Positions 1 through 11,111 of a DNA stretch of 64,000 bases are shown here, one piece after another (position 1 is the stretch's first letter; each line of letters opens with the position of its first letter). The stretch is from assembly GCA_963826715.1 (NCBI GenBank), contig CAWGYA010000007.1, forward strand, positions 32,001 through 96,000. Direction: 5' to 3'. The DNA is from Candidatus Bathyarchaeota archaeon (GTDB lineage: Archaea > Thermoproteota > Bathyarchaeia > Bathyarchaeales > Bathycorpusculaceae). A program made the position numbers and the translations under genes. The notes under the pieces are model-generated. The model saw nothing but the letters and a program-made list of their open reading frames with translations. It was not told the origin of the DNA and did no database searches.

Positions 1-109
1 ACTCACTTCGAAGTGCACCCATGCCGGGCAACATAATTACTGTTTCGCCGGATCCACCGCTGTCATCATACGCCAGAGATCCCTCTGGTCTTGTAAAAAA
101 CTTAGTCAT
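1..109 (-). CDS. alpha/beta hydrolase, N-terminal part (runs off window)
   Basis: Manual translation MTKFFTRPEGSLAYDDSGGSGETVIMLPGMGALRSE resembles the start of an alpha/beta-hydrolase fold. Confidence 0.6.
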   Translation of the reverse strand, partial: MTKFFTRPEGSLAYDDSGGSGETVIMLPGMGALRSE

Positions 110-384
110 AATTCTCAATATTTTTAATCCAATTAAAGATAATTAAACTTAATGCACAACCATCTAATCAAAATAAGTTTATAGTAGCCTCTAAAACTCA
201 GAAAAACCCTAAAACCACAGGCTACCGCGAAAGTTATAAAATTCAATAGAACTACACCTTCCTATTATTGAGCCATTCAATGTGAATTTTCCAACTAGTT
301 TTATATATTGAAAGAGCCTAAAACAGAAAAAGCCCATTGGATAATCAAATTTAGGTCTCTTAATGGGCGAATAAAAATCAAGCC

Positions 385-1641
385 TCAGAGTTTATCCAAC
401 TTTATTGAAAGCAAAGGTACAACCATTTCTTCAACACTCATGCCTCCATGCGCGCCTAACTGCGGATGTATCCTATCTTCTTCAAAAAAAGGGTAATCAA
501 GCAACCTATCACTGTTACTTAACGCGGCAAAATCCCCTAACTTCTCTTTTAATTGGCTAATACTTTTTGGCACCCCAAAAACGCCCCTCTCAATCAAGGA
601 ATCAATTAAATATAGTTTAAAATCGACTAGATTCTTCTCAAAATAGCGTCTAAATTCATCCCTTTCGTCAGGCTTGCAAAAAAGATAGGCGGCTCTGCCA
701 TCTCCAACCGGCGGCAACATCAAATGCTGCATTAACTCTGGTGTATCCTTTAGGTAGACTGACTGATTGATAGAGGCCAGGCCATGATCTGCAACTATCA
801 CCAACATGGTTTCTTCCCTCGCTTCATTGGGTAACCCATCAATAAAGTCTTCTAAACCATGCTCGATTGAGGTTAATTCAAAAGTTGTTTCCTTTGTGTA
901 TGGTCCATATTTGTGGGCAAGGGTATCAACACCACTATAGTAAACAACTGACAAGCATGGACCAAGTTGCTTCAAAGTCTCAGCTGTATGGGTCCACATA
1001 TCTGAACCCAACAGGTAAGGTATAGGTGTCAATCCTCTATGTGTAACCTGCGAAAGCACACTTCCAATAATAGCACCCTTCGTAACAACAGAGCATTTTA
1101 TCCCTTTCCGATCTAAAATGGGCAGTAACGGCTTAATTTCATGGGCAAAGTCGCTTACTAACTCTACTCTTCCACTGTAACCATAAATGGGTTTCATATC
1201 TAAGGTGTTGAAAATTAAGCCATACTTTTTGCTAAACATATGGTAGCCTATAATTTGGTGTTGCGCAGGCGACAAACCGGTGAAGACGCTACTTAGAGCG
1301 GTTGAGGTAGTTGAAGGAAAAACTGTAGTCATGGGTTTTAAACTGCCTTTTTCCGTTATCTCGGCAAAGGTTCCATTATGGTTTTTGATGTGATGGATAA
1401 GGCGTTTATACCCTAATCCATCAAAAACAACCAAAACAACTTTTTTTATACCTTCAAGCTCTGCAAAATAATCCCCAGCCATTGTCGAGGGCATAAGAGA
1501 ATTCCCCCCCAAGACTGACCCAATCTGTGGTATTATATTTTTTAAATTAAGCCCCTCATAGTCTGGAAAAACAAAACTTTCATCAAACACTTGCTTACTG
1601 AACAAATCCGCTAACTGGGTCTCAAAAAAATCTGTATCCAT
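385..1641 (-). CDS. alkaline phosphatase superfamily / nucleotide pyrophosphatase-phosphodiesterase
   Basis: VVFDGLG, TVFPSTT, DTLAHKYGP, VADHG and GAHGG metal-binding motifs; start moved to MDTDFF (ATG 1641). Confidence 0.85.
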   Translation of the reverse strand: MDTDFFETQLADLFSKQVFDESFVFPDYEGLNLKNIIPQIGSVLGGNSLMPSTMAGDYFAELEGIKKVVLVVFDGLGYKRLIHHIKNHNGTFAEITEKGSLKPMTTVFPSTTSTALSSVFTGLSPAQHQIIGYHMFSKKYGLIFNTLDMKPIYGYSGRVELVSDFAHEIKPLLPILDRKGIKCSVVTKGAIIGSVLSQVTHRGLTPIPYLLGSDMWTHTAETLKQLGPCLSVVYYSGVDTLAHKYGPYTKETTFELTSIEHGLEDFIDGLPNEAREETMLVIVADHGLASINQSVYLKDTPELMQHLMLPPVGDGRAAYLFCKPDERDEFRRYFEKNLVDFKLYLIDSLIERGVFGVPKSISQLKEKLGDFAALSNSDRLLDYPFFEEDRIHPQLGAHGGMSVEEMVVPLLSIKLDKL

Positions 1642-1779
1642 AAGTACCTTAAAGCAACCTTTCCCTAAAAAGTTAATCAGAAGCAAACTAATCGTCAAGG
1701 GCCCAAGTTTATTAAATAACTCGTATTTTATGCAAAAACTTAAGGGTGATACCATCTGATTATATAGTGGCAGGCTTGA

Positions 1780-3066
1780 TTGATGAGCGGTCAAAGTCGC
1801 CCCAAAAAATTCTTGATCCCGACTTTCTTAATAGCAATTCTGGCGGTTTCAGCTCTTGGACTGCAACAATTCTACGGAGACAGCAGCCAAACCAACATAG
1901 ATAACAACCCATATGTGGGCATAGCATTCTGCGGAAACACAACCGCCGAAGCCAAAGCCCAAATTGACCGGGCCAAAAACTACACTAACCTATTTGTTTT
2001 GGATACAGGCAGAAGCGATCTAAGTAGAAACGAAACTGCCGTGATGGAAATCTGCGACTACGCTGTAGCCAACAAATTGAGCATTATTGTTAATCTAGGC
2101 ATCAAAAATGCACATGAAGACGACGTCACGACTTGGTTCTGGAACCAGCCAATGTCAGATATCAAAACAAACTGGGCCCAGCGGTGGGGTGATAAGTTCC
2201 TCGGCGTCTACTACAGTGATGAACCAGGAGGTATCCAACTAGACGGAAGTTGGGGTGCATGGTACGAATGGTTCCGCGGGCACCTTAGCGGAATTGACCA
2301 CTCAGCAGCTGAAGCATTATACGATATCTATCTCAAAATGGTAAATCGCGTAGACAACGGCACACTACCCCAAGACTACGATATAGAAGCAGACTTTTTT
2401 GTCAATGAAGTAATAGCAAAAGACTATGGCATGCAAAACTTAACCGCAGCTCAAATACCGACTTTTACATCTGACTACGGATTATACTGGTGGGATTACC
2501 TAGGTGGCTACGACGTTATGCTAGCTGAACTCGGCTGGAACGCAAGTGTAGCCCAGCAAATCGCCCAAGTCAAAGGCGCCGCAAGACTACAAGACAAGCA
2601 GTGGGGAGCAATGATCACCTGGAAATACTATGACGTGCCCTTCCTTGACACTGGTGATAAAATCTATAGCCAAATGCTGACAGCCTACAAGGCAGGCGCC
2701 AAATACATAATGATTTTCAACTACGCAAAAGACAACAACGGTAACACCGCAGCAGCCATGATCGATGAACACTACCTCGCACTTGAGCGCTTCTGGAAAG
2801 ATATACACACCCGAGAATATGCAGATTTAAGCACACCCGAAGTAGCGCTTGTTCTTCCACACAACTACGGCTGGGGAATGCGCGACCACTACGACACCAT
2901 ATGGGGATTCTGGCCCGCTGATGAGAAAACACAACAAATCGCAATCACAATGGGTCTACTGCTAGCAAGATACGGCGCCGCCCTAGACATTGTCTTTGAG
3001 GACCCAGCATACCCAGTTAGCCACGTAGGATATCAGCATGTCTACTACTGGAATCAAACCATCTAA
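1780..3066 (+). CDS. membrane-anchored secreted protein, possibly glycoside-hydrolase-like TIM barrel
   Basis: N-terminal TM; GVYYSDEPGG and LAELGWN motifs; 428 aa. Confidence 0.5.
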   Translation: MMSGQSRPKKFLIPTFLIAILAVSALGLQQFYGDSSQTNIDNNPYVGIAFCGNTTAEAKAQIDRAKNYTNLFVLDTGRSDLSRNETAVMEICDYAVANKLSIIVNLGIKNAHEDDVTTWFWNQPMSDIKTNWAQRWGDKFLGVYYSDEPGGIQLDGSWGAWYEWFRGHLSGIDHSAAEALYDIYLKMVNRVDNGTLPQDYDIEADFFVNEVIAKDYGMQNLTAAQIPTFTSDYGLYWWDYLGGYDVMLAELGWNASVAQQIAQVKGAARLQDKQWGAMITWKYYDVPFLDTGDKIYSQMLTAYKAGAKYIMIFNYAKDNNGNTAAAMIDEHYLALERFWKDIHTREYADLSTPEVALVLPHNYGWGMRDHYDTIWGFWPADEKTQQIAITMGLLLARYGAALDIVFEDPAYPVSHVGYQHVYYWNQTI

Positions 3067-3130
3067 AACAGAATAGCTAAACTCGATACCGTGAATCGGG
3101 TAAAATAAAAAAAAGTCTATTTACTCTTCT

Positions 3131-3310
3131 TTACTGCTGACCTTCAGCATCCAGAATTTCAATAGTTATCCTGACCAGAGATTTGGGTTTAATGATCCGC
3201 CTTAATTGTTTGGGGATTGAAAGACGGTAGTCTACACCTACCGTACCCTCCAATATAACGGATTTATCATTCGCGCTTAGTATGTTGATTTCTCTTTTCG
3301 GCACGATCAT
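3131..3310 (-). CDS. small AbrB/MazE-like protein (59 aa, not in ORF track)
   Basis: MIVPKREINILSANDKSVILEGTVGVDYRLSIPKQLRRIIKPKSLVRITIEILDAEGQQ; ATG overlaps the SPFH stop (ATGA). Confidence 0.55.
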   Translation of the reverse strand: MIVPKREINILSANDKSVILEGTVGVDYRLSIPKQLRRIIKPKSLVRITIEILDAEGQQ

Positions 3311-4221
3311 GGCCCCACTGTGTTGTTCGCGGGAACTTGTAACAACAGGTAGGGGGCTGTTCCGTTAGCATCGCTAACCCAATATAGCGGTAGTTTTCCA
3401 TCCCATCCTATTGCATACAAGTACTGGATATATTCAGGGGTTAATTGCTCTTGTATTATCTGGACGGCTTGCGCTGTCGCATCAGCGGAAATAACGGTTG
3501 CATTAGCATTCGCATTGGCGATAGTAACTAACGCAGTTGCATTAGCAGTGGCTTGAATAACTTGCTGTTGGGCTTCATATTCTATTTGTTGAAGTTTATT
3601 CTTTGCAGCTAAGGCATTTTGCTCGGCAGTTACTTTGGCTTCTATAGCTTGAGTGAAGGAAGGCGAGAATTGGAACTCCGTCACCGAAACCGATAATACT
3701 TCAATTCCATAGGTTGAAAGTTTGCTCTTTAAGATATTGAAGAATGAATCTTTGACAGATTCACGTTCTGTGATTAATTCTGTGGCTACATACTTTGCTG
3801 TTGCTGCTTTGAGAGCTTCTTGAATGTTTGGTGTGATAACTCTTGTTTCGTAATCATTTCGTAAATCACGGTAAATAGTCAATACGCTGTCTGATCTTAG
3901 GCGGTAGTTTACTGCTACAGTTGTGGTTACTTCTTGTAGGTCAGAGCTTGCTGTTGATTCAGTTGCTACTGCTTTTTGGATTTGAATGTTCACCAGTGTA
4001 ATGTCTTGGGCAATTGGAACTACCCAGCGCAGCCCCTCATTTTCTACATTGACGGCTTCGCCCCAATTTAGACGAACTCCTTTGTAACCGGCAGGAACTG
4101 ATCGCGTGGCTGCCAATGGGATTGTAATTACTATTAGTGCAATTATTACTATTGCAATTATTTTTTTTATTGTTGATGGTCTGATTGTTGGTTTTACATT
4201 TGTTGGGGTTTGTTCATACAT
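3307..4221 (-). CDS. SPFH/prohibitin (band 7) family protein
   Basis: TM then VPAGYKGV, SSDLQEV, AIEAKVTAEQ coiled coil, WDGKLP. Confidence 0.92.
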   Translation of the reverse strand: MYEQTPTNVKPTIRPSTIKKIIAIVIIALIVITIPLAATRSVPAGYKGVRLNWGEAVNVENEGLRWVVPIAQDITLVNIQIQKAVATESTASSDLQEVTTTVAVNYRLRSDSVLTIYRDLRNDYETRVITPNIQEALKAATAKYVATELITERESVKDSFFNILKSKLSTYGIEVLSVSVTEFQFSPSFTQAIEAKVTAEQNALAAKNKLQQIEYEAQQQVIQATANATALVTIANANANATVISADATAQAVQIIQEQLTPEYIQYLYAIGWDGKLPLYWVSDANGTAPYLLLQVPANNTVGP

Positions 4222-4667
4222 ACCATATCACTCCTTGGCATATATGTGGTATAAAAAAGGTGTATATAAGGCATTTGTAACAAAAAACACAATTGCGCCA
4301 TTAATTGAGCTAATTTACGATAGCTTTACAAAATATCTTAACTACATCAGACAATAAAATGCTTGAGAGAGTAATTTTTTGACAAATGTCAAATGTTTTC
4401 GACACGGGAAAAAAGGGATGTAGCTTTTTTTTGGAGGTTTAACTTTTCTAGTACTTACCTTTAGTGGAGGAATGACTGCAAACCAGTCAGAATGAACGAA
4501 GTCGACGCTGTAATAATGGCGAGCACTGACGAGGCCAAGGATAACCATTTCGCTGCGTTAGGATGCTTTCGAAGTACGCAAATAGTGCGGTTGTGGTTGC
4601 TATGAAGACAAAGAACCAAAGGTACAAACGCATTTGCTCAACAAATAATAGCCAATTACAAAACTAT

Positions 4668-5309
4668 TTAGTCCTTGGGTCTTCCAGTTGATCCCGTATT
4701 TTTTTTTATCCTTTCTTCAAACGTAGGATAAGACTGGGGTAAACTTTTTGATAGTTTAATATCCAAACTACTTTTCGTTCGAAGACTACTTATTTTGACA
4801 AGTGCCGATATCATAGCCTCCCCTTTATCAATCTTAACTGAACTAAGGTCGCATTCCATCTCCTGCTGACGTTGCCATTTAGCATTAAGAAACAACAAAA
4901 CTATCATAGAACAAAAAGTGACCACTCCCCCAATCAATATACTTAATAGATAATTTCCAAAACTTGAATAAGTCAAAAAGACTGTGATTACCGCAATTAT
5001 TAAAGCAGGCATTGGCAATCGCCAAAATCTTTTTCGTCCATGTCTTTGATTTAGATGAGTAAATTCATGAGCCGTGACGGCTTCTAATTCATCTGGAAGA
5101 AGAATTTCCAAATACTTAGCATCAAAAACAACTCTGTCAAATGACGCCAAGCCACCTTGCATCAAAAATCTGGCCTTATAGTATCTATCTATTTTTTCCC
5201 TTCTCAAAATCTTGGTTACTTTTAACCTCTCAGCAAGGTCATCAAGAACCTCTGATCTAAAAGGCTCAGCCTTAAAGACCTTCGAAAATAGAGTAGCAAA
5301 GATTCCCAA
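4668..5309 (-). CDS. M48 (HtpX-like) zinc metalloprotease
   Basis: ELEAVTAHEFTH (HExxH), two TMs, EMECD, YPTFEERI. Confidence 0.8.
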   Translation of the reverse strand: MGIFATLFSKVFKAEPFRSEVLDDLAERLKVTKILRREKIDRYYKARFLMQGGLASFDRVVFDAKYLEILLPDELEAVTAHEFTHLNQRHGRKRFWRLPMPALIIAVITVFLTYSSFGNYLLSILIGGVVTFCSMIVLLFLNAKWQRQQEMECDLSSVKIDKGEAMISALVKISSLRTKSSLDIKLSKSLPQSYPTFEERIKKNTGSTGRPKD

Positions 5310-5494
5310 GTTATCATCCTTCTTTTAGCATTCCAATACATTCATAATTTGTTTTCGGAAGATCTTTCTTCTTTAAGCTTGCTCTGCCCCTGAAAAAGCG
5401 GTATGACATTTTCCAAGAACCTAAACGAAAAGCACTATATTATAATTCAACTGTAGATATCTTAAAGAAAGTAAACTCAAATCTAGCCAAACCA

Positions 5495-5848
5495 TTGAGG
5501 AAAAAGCTATTGGAACCATTAAATTGGACATGTGTTGATTCAGAAGGAAGTCTCTTTTCAAGGGGGAAACATGATTATTATGCGATACTTGTCAGAGGAG
5601 TACCTGTAGAACGGCCAAAGGATTGTATTATAGAGCTTTTTGTTACGGATAAAGATATGACACTTTCAGACATTAAGTACAATCCCGAAAATGAAAGAAT
5701 TGAATTGTTATCCCGCATTATTTCTTCAGGAAATTTGTATCCTGAGAAAAGTATTCAAAAAGCAATTGAAGAAATGAAAGATTATGCTGCCCGGAGAGAG
5801 AACGAGAATCCTTTCAGTTCAGTTACTAGTGCTTATACTTCAAAATAG
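5495..5848 (+). CDS. hypothetical protein
   Basis: 117-aa ORF, no recognised motif. Confidence 0.55.
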   Translation: MRKKLLEPLNWTCVDSEGSLFSRGKHDYYAILVRGVPVERPKDCIIELFVTDKDMTLSDIKYNPENERIELLSRIISSGNLYPEKSIQKAIEEMKDYAARRENENPFSSVTSAYTSK

Positions 5849-5862
5849 ATTGTTCAAAAGGT

Positions 5863-6930
5863 TCATTGTTGAATCCTAATCTCATTACTACCTCGTAACT
5901 TGTCTTTATCAAGTCTAATTTTAGTTAAAACGACTAATGAAGACACAAAAATTAATGTCAACAACACTACCAAAAATGAAGTTTCAGGCACTGAAGGTGT
6001 TGACGTGGGAGCTAAAGTAGGCTTAGTTGTAGGTTGCATGGTCGAAGGTGCCGTTGGAATAGGTGATTCTGTTTGAGTAGACGTGGGTGTTGGATTATGT
6101 GTTGCTATCGGTGTTTCTGTAAAAGAAGGAGCGGGGATTAGTTCGTTTGAACTTATATACAATGTGTGTAAAACATCTGTTAACGTATTCACAGCTAGGT
6201 TAAGCGATTCTCCAGCTCTATTCCAATAAGTAGGATTAGAGGTGTCATAGTTTTGGTTAATCCAGGTACAATTATAGCTGCCACCATTATCAAATGTGGT
6301 ATCCCTAGCAACGTTTAATGTTGCATCATAAACAGTTAAACTAACTAAAGTTCCGTCATAAGATAGATAGCTATTGTAAGTGTCAATGTACTCTGATGTT
6401 CGAGTGTTAACATATGATTCATAATTCGAATGGAAATTACCTGTTTCAGCACCCCAATCCGTAGCTGAACCCATAACATGAGCAAATACCGCTACATCCG
6501 CGATATAGTGACTCATAATCCCAGCAGTCTTCGCTGCGTTGCTGTAGTCCCCGGAGTTTAGATAATTTAACGCTATTTGATATTCCTCTGACGCTCTAAC
6601 AGCTGCAAAATCTTCTTGAAGTGAACCGTTTGACCTGAAGTAAACGTGATGTTTTGAAGTATCCCCTATGTAGTCTGGAGCTTGATTGTTGTCTGGAAGC
6701 TCGGTTCCATAGAGGTACGCTTGAAGATTATCTTGTAAGTACTGTTTTTCTTGGGATGGCAGCCAATCCAGGGCATGTTGAGCTATCCAATCATGAGTCC
6801 CATAAACAGGCTGAGCGGGGGTTGATGAGTAGCCACCATTACTCCAGCAAAATGCAGTATCAAAATTAGAAGCAACCAGAAAAGCACAAGCAAAAAATAG
6901 AATAAATGTAAGCGCCCTTGATTTTTTCAT
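5863..6930 (-). CDS. secreted zinc-dependent phospholipase C / S1-P1 nuclease-like protein with Pro/Thr linker and C-terminal anchor
   Basis: Signal peptide then W...GTHDWIA, ELPD, SHYIAD, HSNYE; PT-rich linker; VPE + TM + basic tail. Confidence 0.8.
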   Translation of the reverse strand: MKKSRALTFILFFACAFLVASNFDTAFCWSNGGYSSTPAQPVYGTHDWIAQHALDWLPSQEKQYLQDNLQAYLYGTELPDNNQAPDYIGDTSKHHVYFRSNGSLQEDFAAVRASEEYQIALNYLNSGDYSNAAKTAGIMSHYIADVAVFAHVMGSATDWGAETGNFHSNYESYVNTRTSEYIDTYNSYLSYDGTLVSLTVYDATLNVARDTTFDNGGSYNCTWINQNYDTSNPTYWNRAGESLNLAVNTLTDVLHTLYISSNELIPAPSFTETPIATHNPTPTSTQTESPIPTAPSTMQPTTKPTLAPTSTPSVPETSFLVVLLTLIFVSSLVVLTKIRLDKDKLRGSNEIRIQQ

Positions 6931-7197
6931 TACCAGTTAAACGCTCGTTTTATTTATAATACCTTTTCTAAAAGCGAATTAAGATCATTTTGCTCTTTGC
7001 ATTCCTATTTTGCTGCATCCAGACTATAATGTCAATTCACTAAAATTTTTCCATTTCGTGCAATTGAAGCTAGGTCTTACAGTATTATCTCAGTTTTAGA
7101 ATTAATAAAAAATAGAAAGAAATTTTCAAATCTTGAATCCTATCTGCACCAATTCTTGATGCGCATCAAAGCTCTCGGAATACACAGGTAAGAGCAG

Positions 7198-7893
7198 TCA
7201 GAGTTTCAACGCACCTTTTAGCGAAGTAAACTCTTCGGGAGTGAGTACACCCTCAGCTATTTTGAGGGCAGCTTGGAATGACTCTGGAGGCATAACAGCT
7301 CGACCCTGCTGGAGAATATCTACTCTTTCCATCGGAGTTATGGCGGGGAGCATCATCGCAAGGTTTTCCATACTTTCTTCAGGTGTCGAACTTGCCATAA
7401 TTTCTTTGAAAACTTCCACAAGTTCATCGTTTGTGCAGAGTTTCCATAACGAGGGCATAGCATATTCTTCCTCATAATCAATGTGAGTAAAGTAAAACGA
7501 TATGAACCTAGACCAAGCTCGGTAAAATTCCAAAAGATTATCATCACGTTTGTCAAAATCATCTGGCTTAATCTTTAATTCTCCAAAGCATGCTACAAGG
7601 TCATCAAATTTCGTGTGCATGATTCTATGGTCATCATTTAGTTTGTCAGCACCTCCAGGAATTCTTTTCGCAAGTAACGGATGGATACATTTCTCTTCTA
7701 AGCTTGCGTGAAGGTACATATTTTTTCGAAATGCACTCAGTTCGTCTTCAAACTTTGTTATGCCCTTTGGGTCATTTAGATTTAAAGTTCCAGCTGCTTT
7801 GCTTATCATCGAGAACCTTAAGCGTTGCCCCTTGTGGGTATCAGTATAAAAATCAACATACCTTTGCAATTGATTTCCTCCATTTTTAGTCAA
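7198..7893 (-). CDS. hemerythrin/HHE domain protein
   Basis: HKGQR, HASLEE..IHP, DDH, HIDYEEEYAMP. Confidence 0.85.
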   Translation of the reverse strand: MTKNGGNQLQRYVDFYTDTHKGQRLRFSMISKAAGTLNLNDPKGITKFEDELSAFRKNMYLHASLEEKCIHPLLAKRIPGGADKLNDDHRIMHTKFDDLVACFGELKIKPDDFDKRDDNLLEFYRAWSRFISFYFTHIDYEEEYAMPSLWKLCTNDELVEVFKEIMASSTPEESMENLAMMLPAITPMERVDILQQGRAVMPPESFQAALKIAEGVLTPEEFTSLKGALKL

Positions 7894-8114
7894 CTAGTTC
7901 TTTAAGTTAATATGTCAATGTTGGTGGTGATATGCAGTCACTCATTAAGAAATATCATCAGAAAAAAAATTAATCGAGATTAAATTACTCTAACCAATGC
8001 AATTGCTTTTTTCATAACCAAAAGCTACCAGCAAATAACCGCGCGCTCTCAAAATATTAAATATACAAAAAACACATAATCATAAAAACTTTTAAACAAT
8101 TAGGACTCTATGAG

Positions 8115-8888
8115 ATGGGAATTAAAATGCCATATTGTGAAAACTGCGGGAAAGAGGTAAGTTCAACTGGAAATTTTTGCACAAACTGCGGTTCACGCCA
8201 GAATATTATATCACAAAATCCACAAAATAACCAACCACAAAATGTTATCGCTCCTCAATCTCCAGATTCCAAACCAGCTACATTTGTTCCACCGCCACCC
8301 GATTCACAGATAAGCGCTCCAACAAATTCATCTTCTAATGTACTACCAATCCCTCCACCCCCACCCACTCAATCTAAGAATGAACCCGTAGTCGGAGTCA
8401 TAGTTTTAAGAAAATCAAAATCACTAGGCAGGTATGATAGCTATTCAGGAGTTTTAACCAACCAGCGATTCATATTTGCCCAATTGACCTCAGAGATGAT
8501 AAAGAATGCAGCTATGCAGGCAAAAAATCAAGCAAAGGCAGAAGGAAAAGGCTTTTTTGCCCAATGGTCTGAACAGATTCAGGCTTCTTATTCATTTTCA
8601 CGCAGATACCTCACTATGGAACCTGCTGCAATACTATCTGAAACCCCAGGCAATTTTGAGATTAATAATAGCGCCATAAGCGAAATTAAAGTAAAATTGA
8701 AAGACATTGGTACCCCTGAAAATGATAGGCACGAATTTGAAATCGAAATAAAATCTATTTCAGGAAAATATGAATTTAGAATGGATGAAAATAACCAAAA
8801 TACTGAGTTACTAAAACAAGTATATGGGCAACGAGTCAAAATGCCCTTTGGATACTTCAACCACAACATAAACATCAAAATAGGGTAA
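8115..8888 (+). CDS. zinc-ribbon domain protein with Pro-rich linker
   Basis: YCENCG...FCTNCG at N-terminus. Confidence 0.75.
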   Translation: MGIKMPYCENCGKEVSSTGNFCTNCGSRQNIISQNPQNNQPQNVIAPQSPDSKPATFVPPPPDSQISAPTNSSSNVLPIPPPPPTQSKNEPVVGVIVLRKSKSLGRYDSYSGVLTNQRFIFAQLTSEMIKNAAMQAKNQAKAEGKGFFAQWSEQIQASYSFSRRYLTMEPAAILSETPGNFEINNSAISEIKVKLKDIGTPENDRHEFEIEIKSISGKYEFRMDENNQNTELLKQVYGQRVKMPFGYFNHNINIKIG

Positions 8889-9066
8889 CAGCGAAGGCAA
8901 TTGCCAAGGATTTGTAACTAAGAAATTGGAAATATGTTTGTTTAATGAAATTCCAAAGTTAATTTAAGATAGTTGTCACCAAAACACCTGAAAAATACTT
9001 TTCAAGAAGTGATAAAGCTATCACTAAAACTCTTTCTCGATAAAAGAAAAAGATTTTTTAGAAAAA

Positions 9067-9480
9067 TTATTTGACAACCAAAACCGGTAACTGCGTTTTT
9101 TTGATAACGCCATGACTTGTACTGCCCAAAACAAACTCCGAAAACTTCCCAGATCCCCCAGCTCCAATAACAATCAAGTCAAAATTATTCTTATCAGCTT
9201 CTTTGACTATTTGATCAACAGTATCGCCAGGAAGCAACAGAGTTTTAACTTTGAATCCTTCCGCTTTAGCTAATTTTTGGCCTTCAGCTAAAATTGTCTC
9301 AGCTTGTTTTTTAAGTAAATCAAAAAACTCTCTTTTAGAGGTAGCGTATATTGGTTCTTCTTCATACACATGAGTTATTGTGATTGATCCGCCTGTAACC
9401 TTTGCTATCTTAATAGCCTCTTGCAAAGCGTGTTTTGAGCACTCTGAGTCATTAATCGGAACTAATATTTTTTGGTACAA
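9067..9480 (-). CDS. universal stress protein (UspA family)
   Basis: YQKILVP, DLIVIGAGG, VLGSTSHGV, PVLVVK. Confidence 0.93.
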   Translation of the reverse strand: MYQKILVPINDSECSKHALQEAIKIAKVTGGSITITHVYEEEPIYATSKREFFDLLKKQAETILAEGQKLAKAEGFKVKTLLLPGDTVDQIVKEADKNNFDLIVIGAGGSGKFSEFVLGSTSHGVIKKTQLPVLVVK

Positions 9481-9734
9481 ATAAGCTACCTAAACGATAA
9501 AATGCAATTAGAGAATTTATAATTATCGCAAACCCATATTATAGTAGAACCTACTTTTATAGCATGTGAGCACGAATTGTGTCGCAATCTACACCTCTAA
9601 TTTATCTAACAGAGTGTAAATTGTTGAATCATAACGGAATACCGCGGAAAATTTTTGATTTCCACGCGAGAATTGGAGTAATTCCGGTTCGCTTTAAGGC
9701 TTTATGCGAGGTAATTTAGAACTATGGGGATTAG

Positions 9735-11111
9735 CTACCTCATTTTGTTATATATCGTATCTGTTATATCCTCAAAAGGCTTACCTATTAATTCGTAGCC
9801 CTTTTCGCCTAAGTATTTTCTAGTGTAAAATTGGATCATCCCCTTTACAACTGCGAACTTCATCTTAAGCTCACTTACTTGTGAATCGAATAGGAGTTTA
9901 TGTTTTATCATCTGAATATTCTTGGGTTCTTCCCATTCTTCAGAAACCAGTTTGCCGCTTAGCCTTTCGAATAAAGGTGTTCCAGGAATTGGATAGGGGA
10001 GCGTAAAAGAAAGATAATCTAGTGGAAGTGAAGACGCAAACTTTACTGTATCGAGAATTGTTTTGGCATTTTCTCCAGGATATCCCAAGATAAAGAATGC
10101 TCCTGCTTTGATCCCTTTCTTTTTGCATACTTGAGTTGCCATGTACGCTTGCTTTGTTGTTATTTGCTTATTCATAATTTTTAGAATTGAATCGTTTCCA
10201 GATTCGATCCCAAAAAACATTCTTACGCATCCAGCTTGTCTCATTTTTTCAGCAATATAAAAATCCAAAGTATCTACTCTTGATAAGCATTCCCACTCAA
10301 TTGCCAATCTGCGTCTAATAATCTCATTACAAACTTCAAGGAGTTTCTCCCTATTCAAAGTAAAACAATCATCAGCAAACCAAATTCTATTATAGCCAAA
10401 AGAAATTGCATCCTCGATCTCATCTACAACTTTTACAGCTGATCGCGCTCTGAACGCGTTTCCAAAAACTGGTCTACTACAGAAATCACATGAAAACGGA
10501 CATCCTCTAGACGTCATTATGGCGGTTGTTTTGTAGCCAAACCTTCCCGAATAATACTTTTGATACCTAGAGTTTTCAAACAATTCTCTTGAAGGAGGTG
10601 GTAAATCGTCCAAGTTGTCTACTAAACCCCGCGAAGCGGTCCGCTTGACTGTTCCCGTTGTTTTATCTTTATACGCTATACCTTTTATCTGGGACAGATT
10701 ACCGCCGTTTTCAAATTGGTGAATTATCTCCAGCATTGTTTGCTCACCTTCTCCTATGATAGCTATGTCAAAGTCAACAAGAAAATCTTCGGGTTGAGTC
10801 GTAGGAAGAGCTCCCCCTGCAACAAGTAATTCGCAATCATCTCTAAGAAGCTGAGCAAGTTCTACCGATTTCTTCCTCATCGAATACATCGACTGAATTC
10901 CAATAATATCAGGGTTTGACTGCCTAATTTTTTTTAGAGCTTCATCTTGTTTGAAAAAAGTACAATCCACAATTTCCACAGAAACATCATTTTGTTTGAG
11001 ATAAGCCGCAATATATCCCAACCCTAATGGAGGAAACCTGAAAATCGAAGTGTCAGCACGGGGATGGAAATAAGGATAAACTAAAGTCACTTTTTTCGTA
11101 GAATCACCCAA
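9735..11111 (-). CDS. B12-binding radical SAM protein
   Basis: PPLGLGYIAA B12 domain; TSRGCPFSCDFC CxxxCxxC; FGIESG; probable TTG start at 11111 overlapping the upstream stop. Confidence 0.92.
   Translation of the reverse strand: MGDSTKKVTLVYPYFHPRADTSIFRFPPLGLGYIAAYLKQNDVSVEIVDCTFFKQDEALKKIRQSNPDIIGIQSMYSMRKKSVELAQLLRDDCELLVAGGALPTTQPEDFLVDFDIAIIGEGEQTMLEIIHQFENGGNLSQIKGIAYKDKTTGTVKRTASRGLVDNLDDLPPPSRELFENSRYQKYYSGRFGYKTTAIMTSRGCPFSCDFCSRPVFGNAFRARSAVKVVDEIEDAISFGYNRIWFADDCFTLNREKLLEVCNEIIRRRLAIEWECLSRVDTLDFYIAEKMRQAGCVRMFFGIESGNDSILKIMNKQITTKQAYMATQVCKKKGIKAGAFFILGYPGENAKTILDTVKFASSLPLDYLSFTLPYPIPGTPLFERLSGKLVSEEWEEPKNIQMIKHKLLFDSQVSELKMKFAVVKGMIQFYTRKYLGEKGYELIGKPFEDITDTIYNKMR

Noticed and set aside
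4520-4600. CTGACGAG...CGAA hammerhead-like core
   Set aside because: GAAG instead of GAAA, and stems I-III cannot be formed convincingly
6937-6952. TAAACGCTCGTTTTA resembling the regulon-1 operator
   Set aside because: Outer dyad bases differ, and it lies between TATA and start rather than 8 nt upstream of TATA; probably chance
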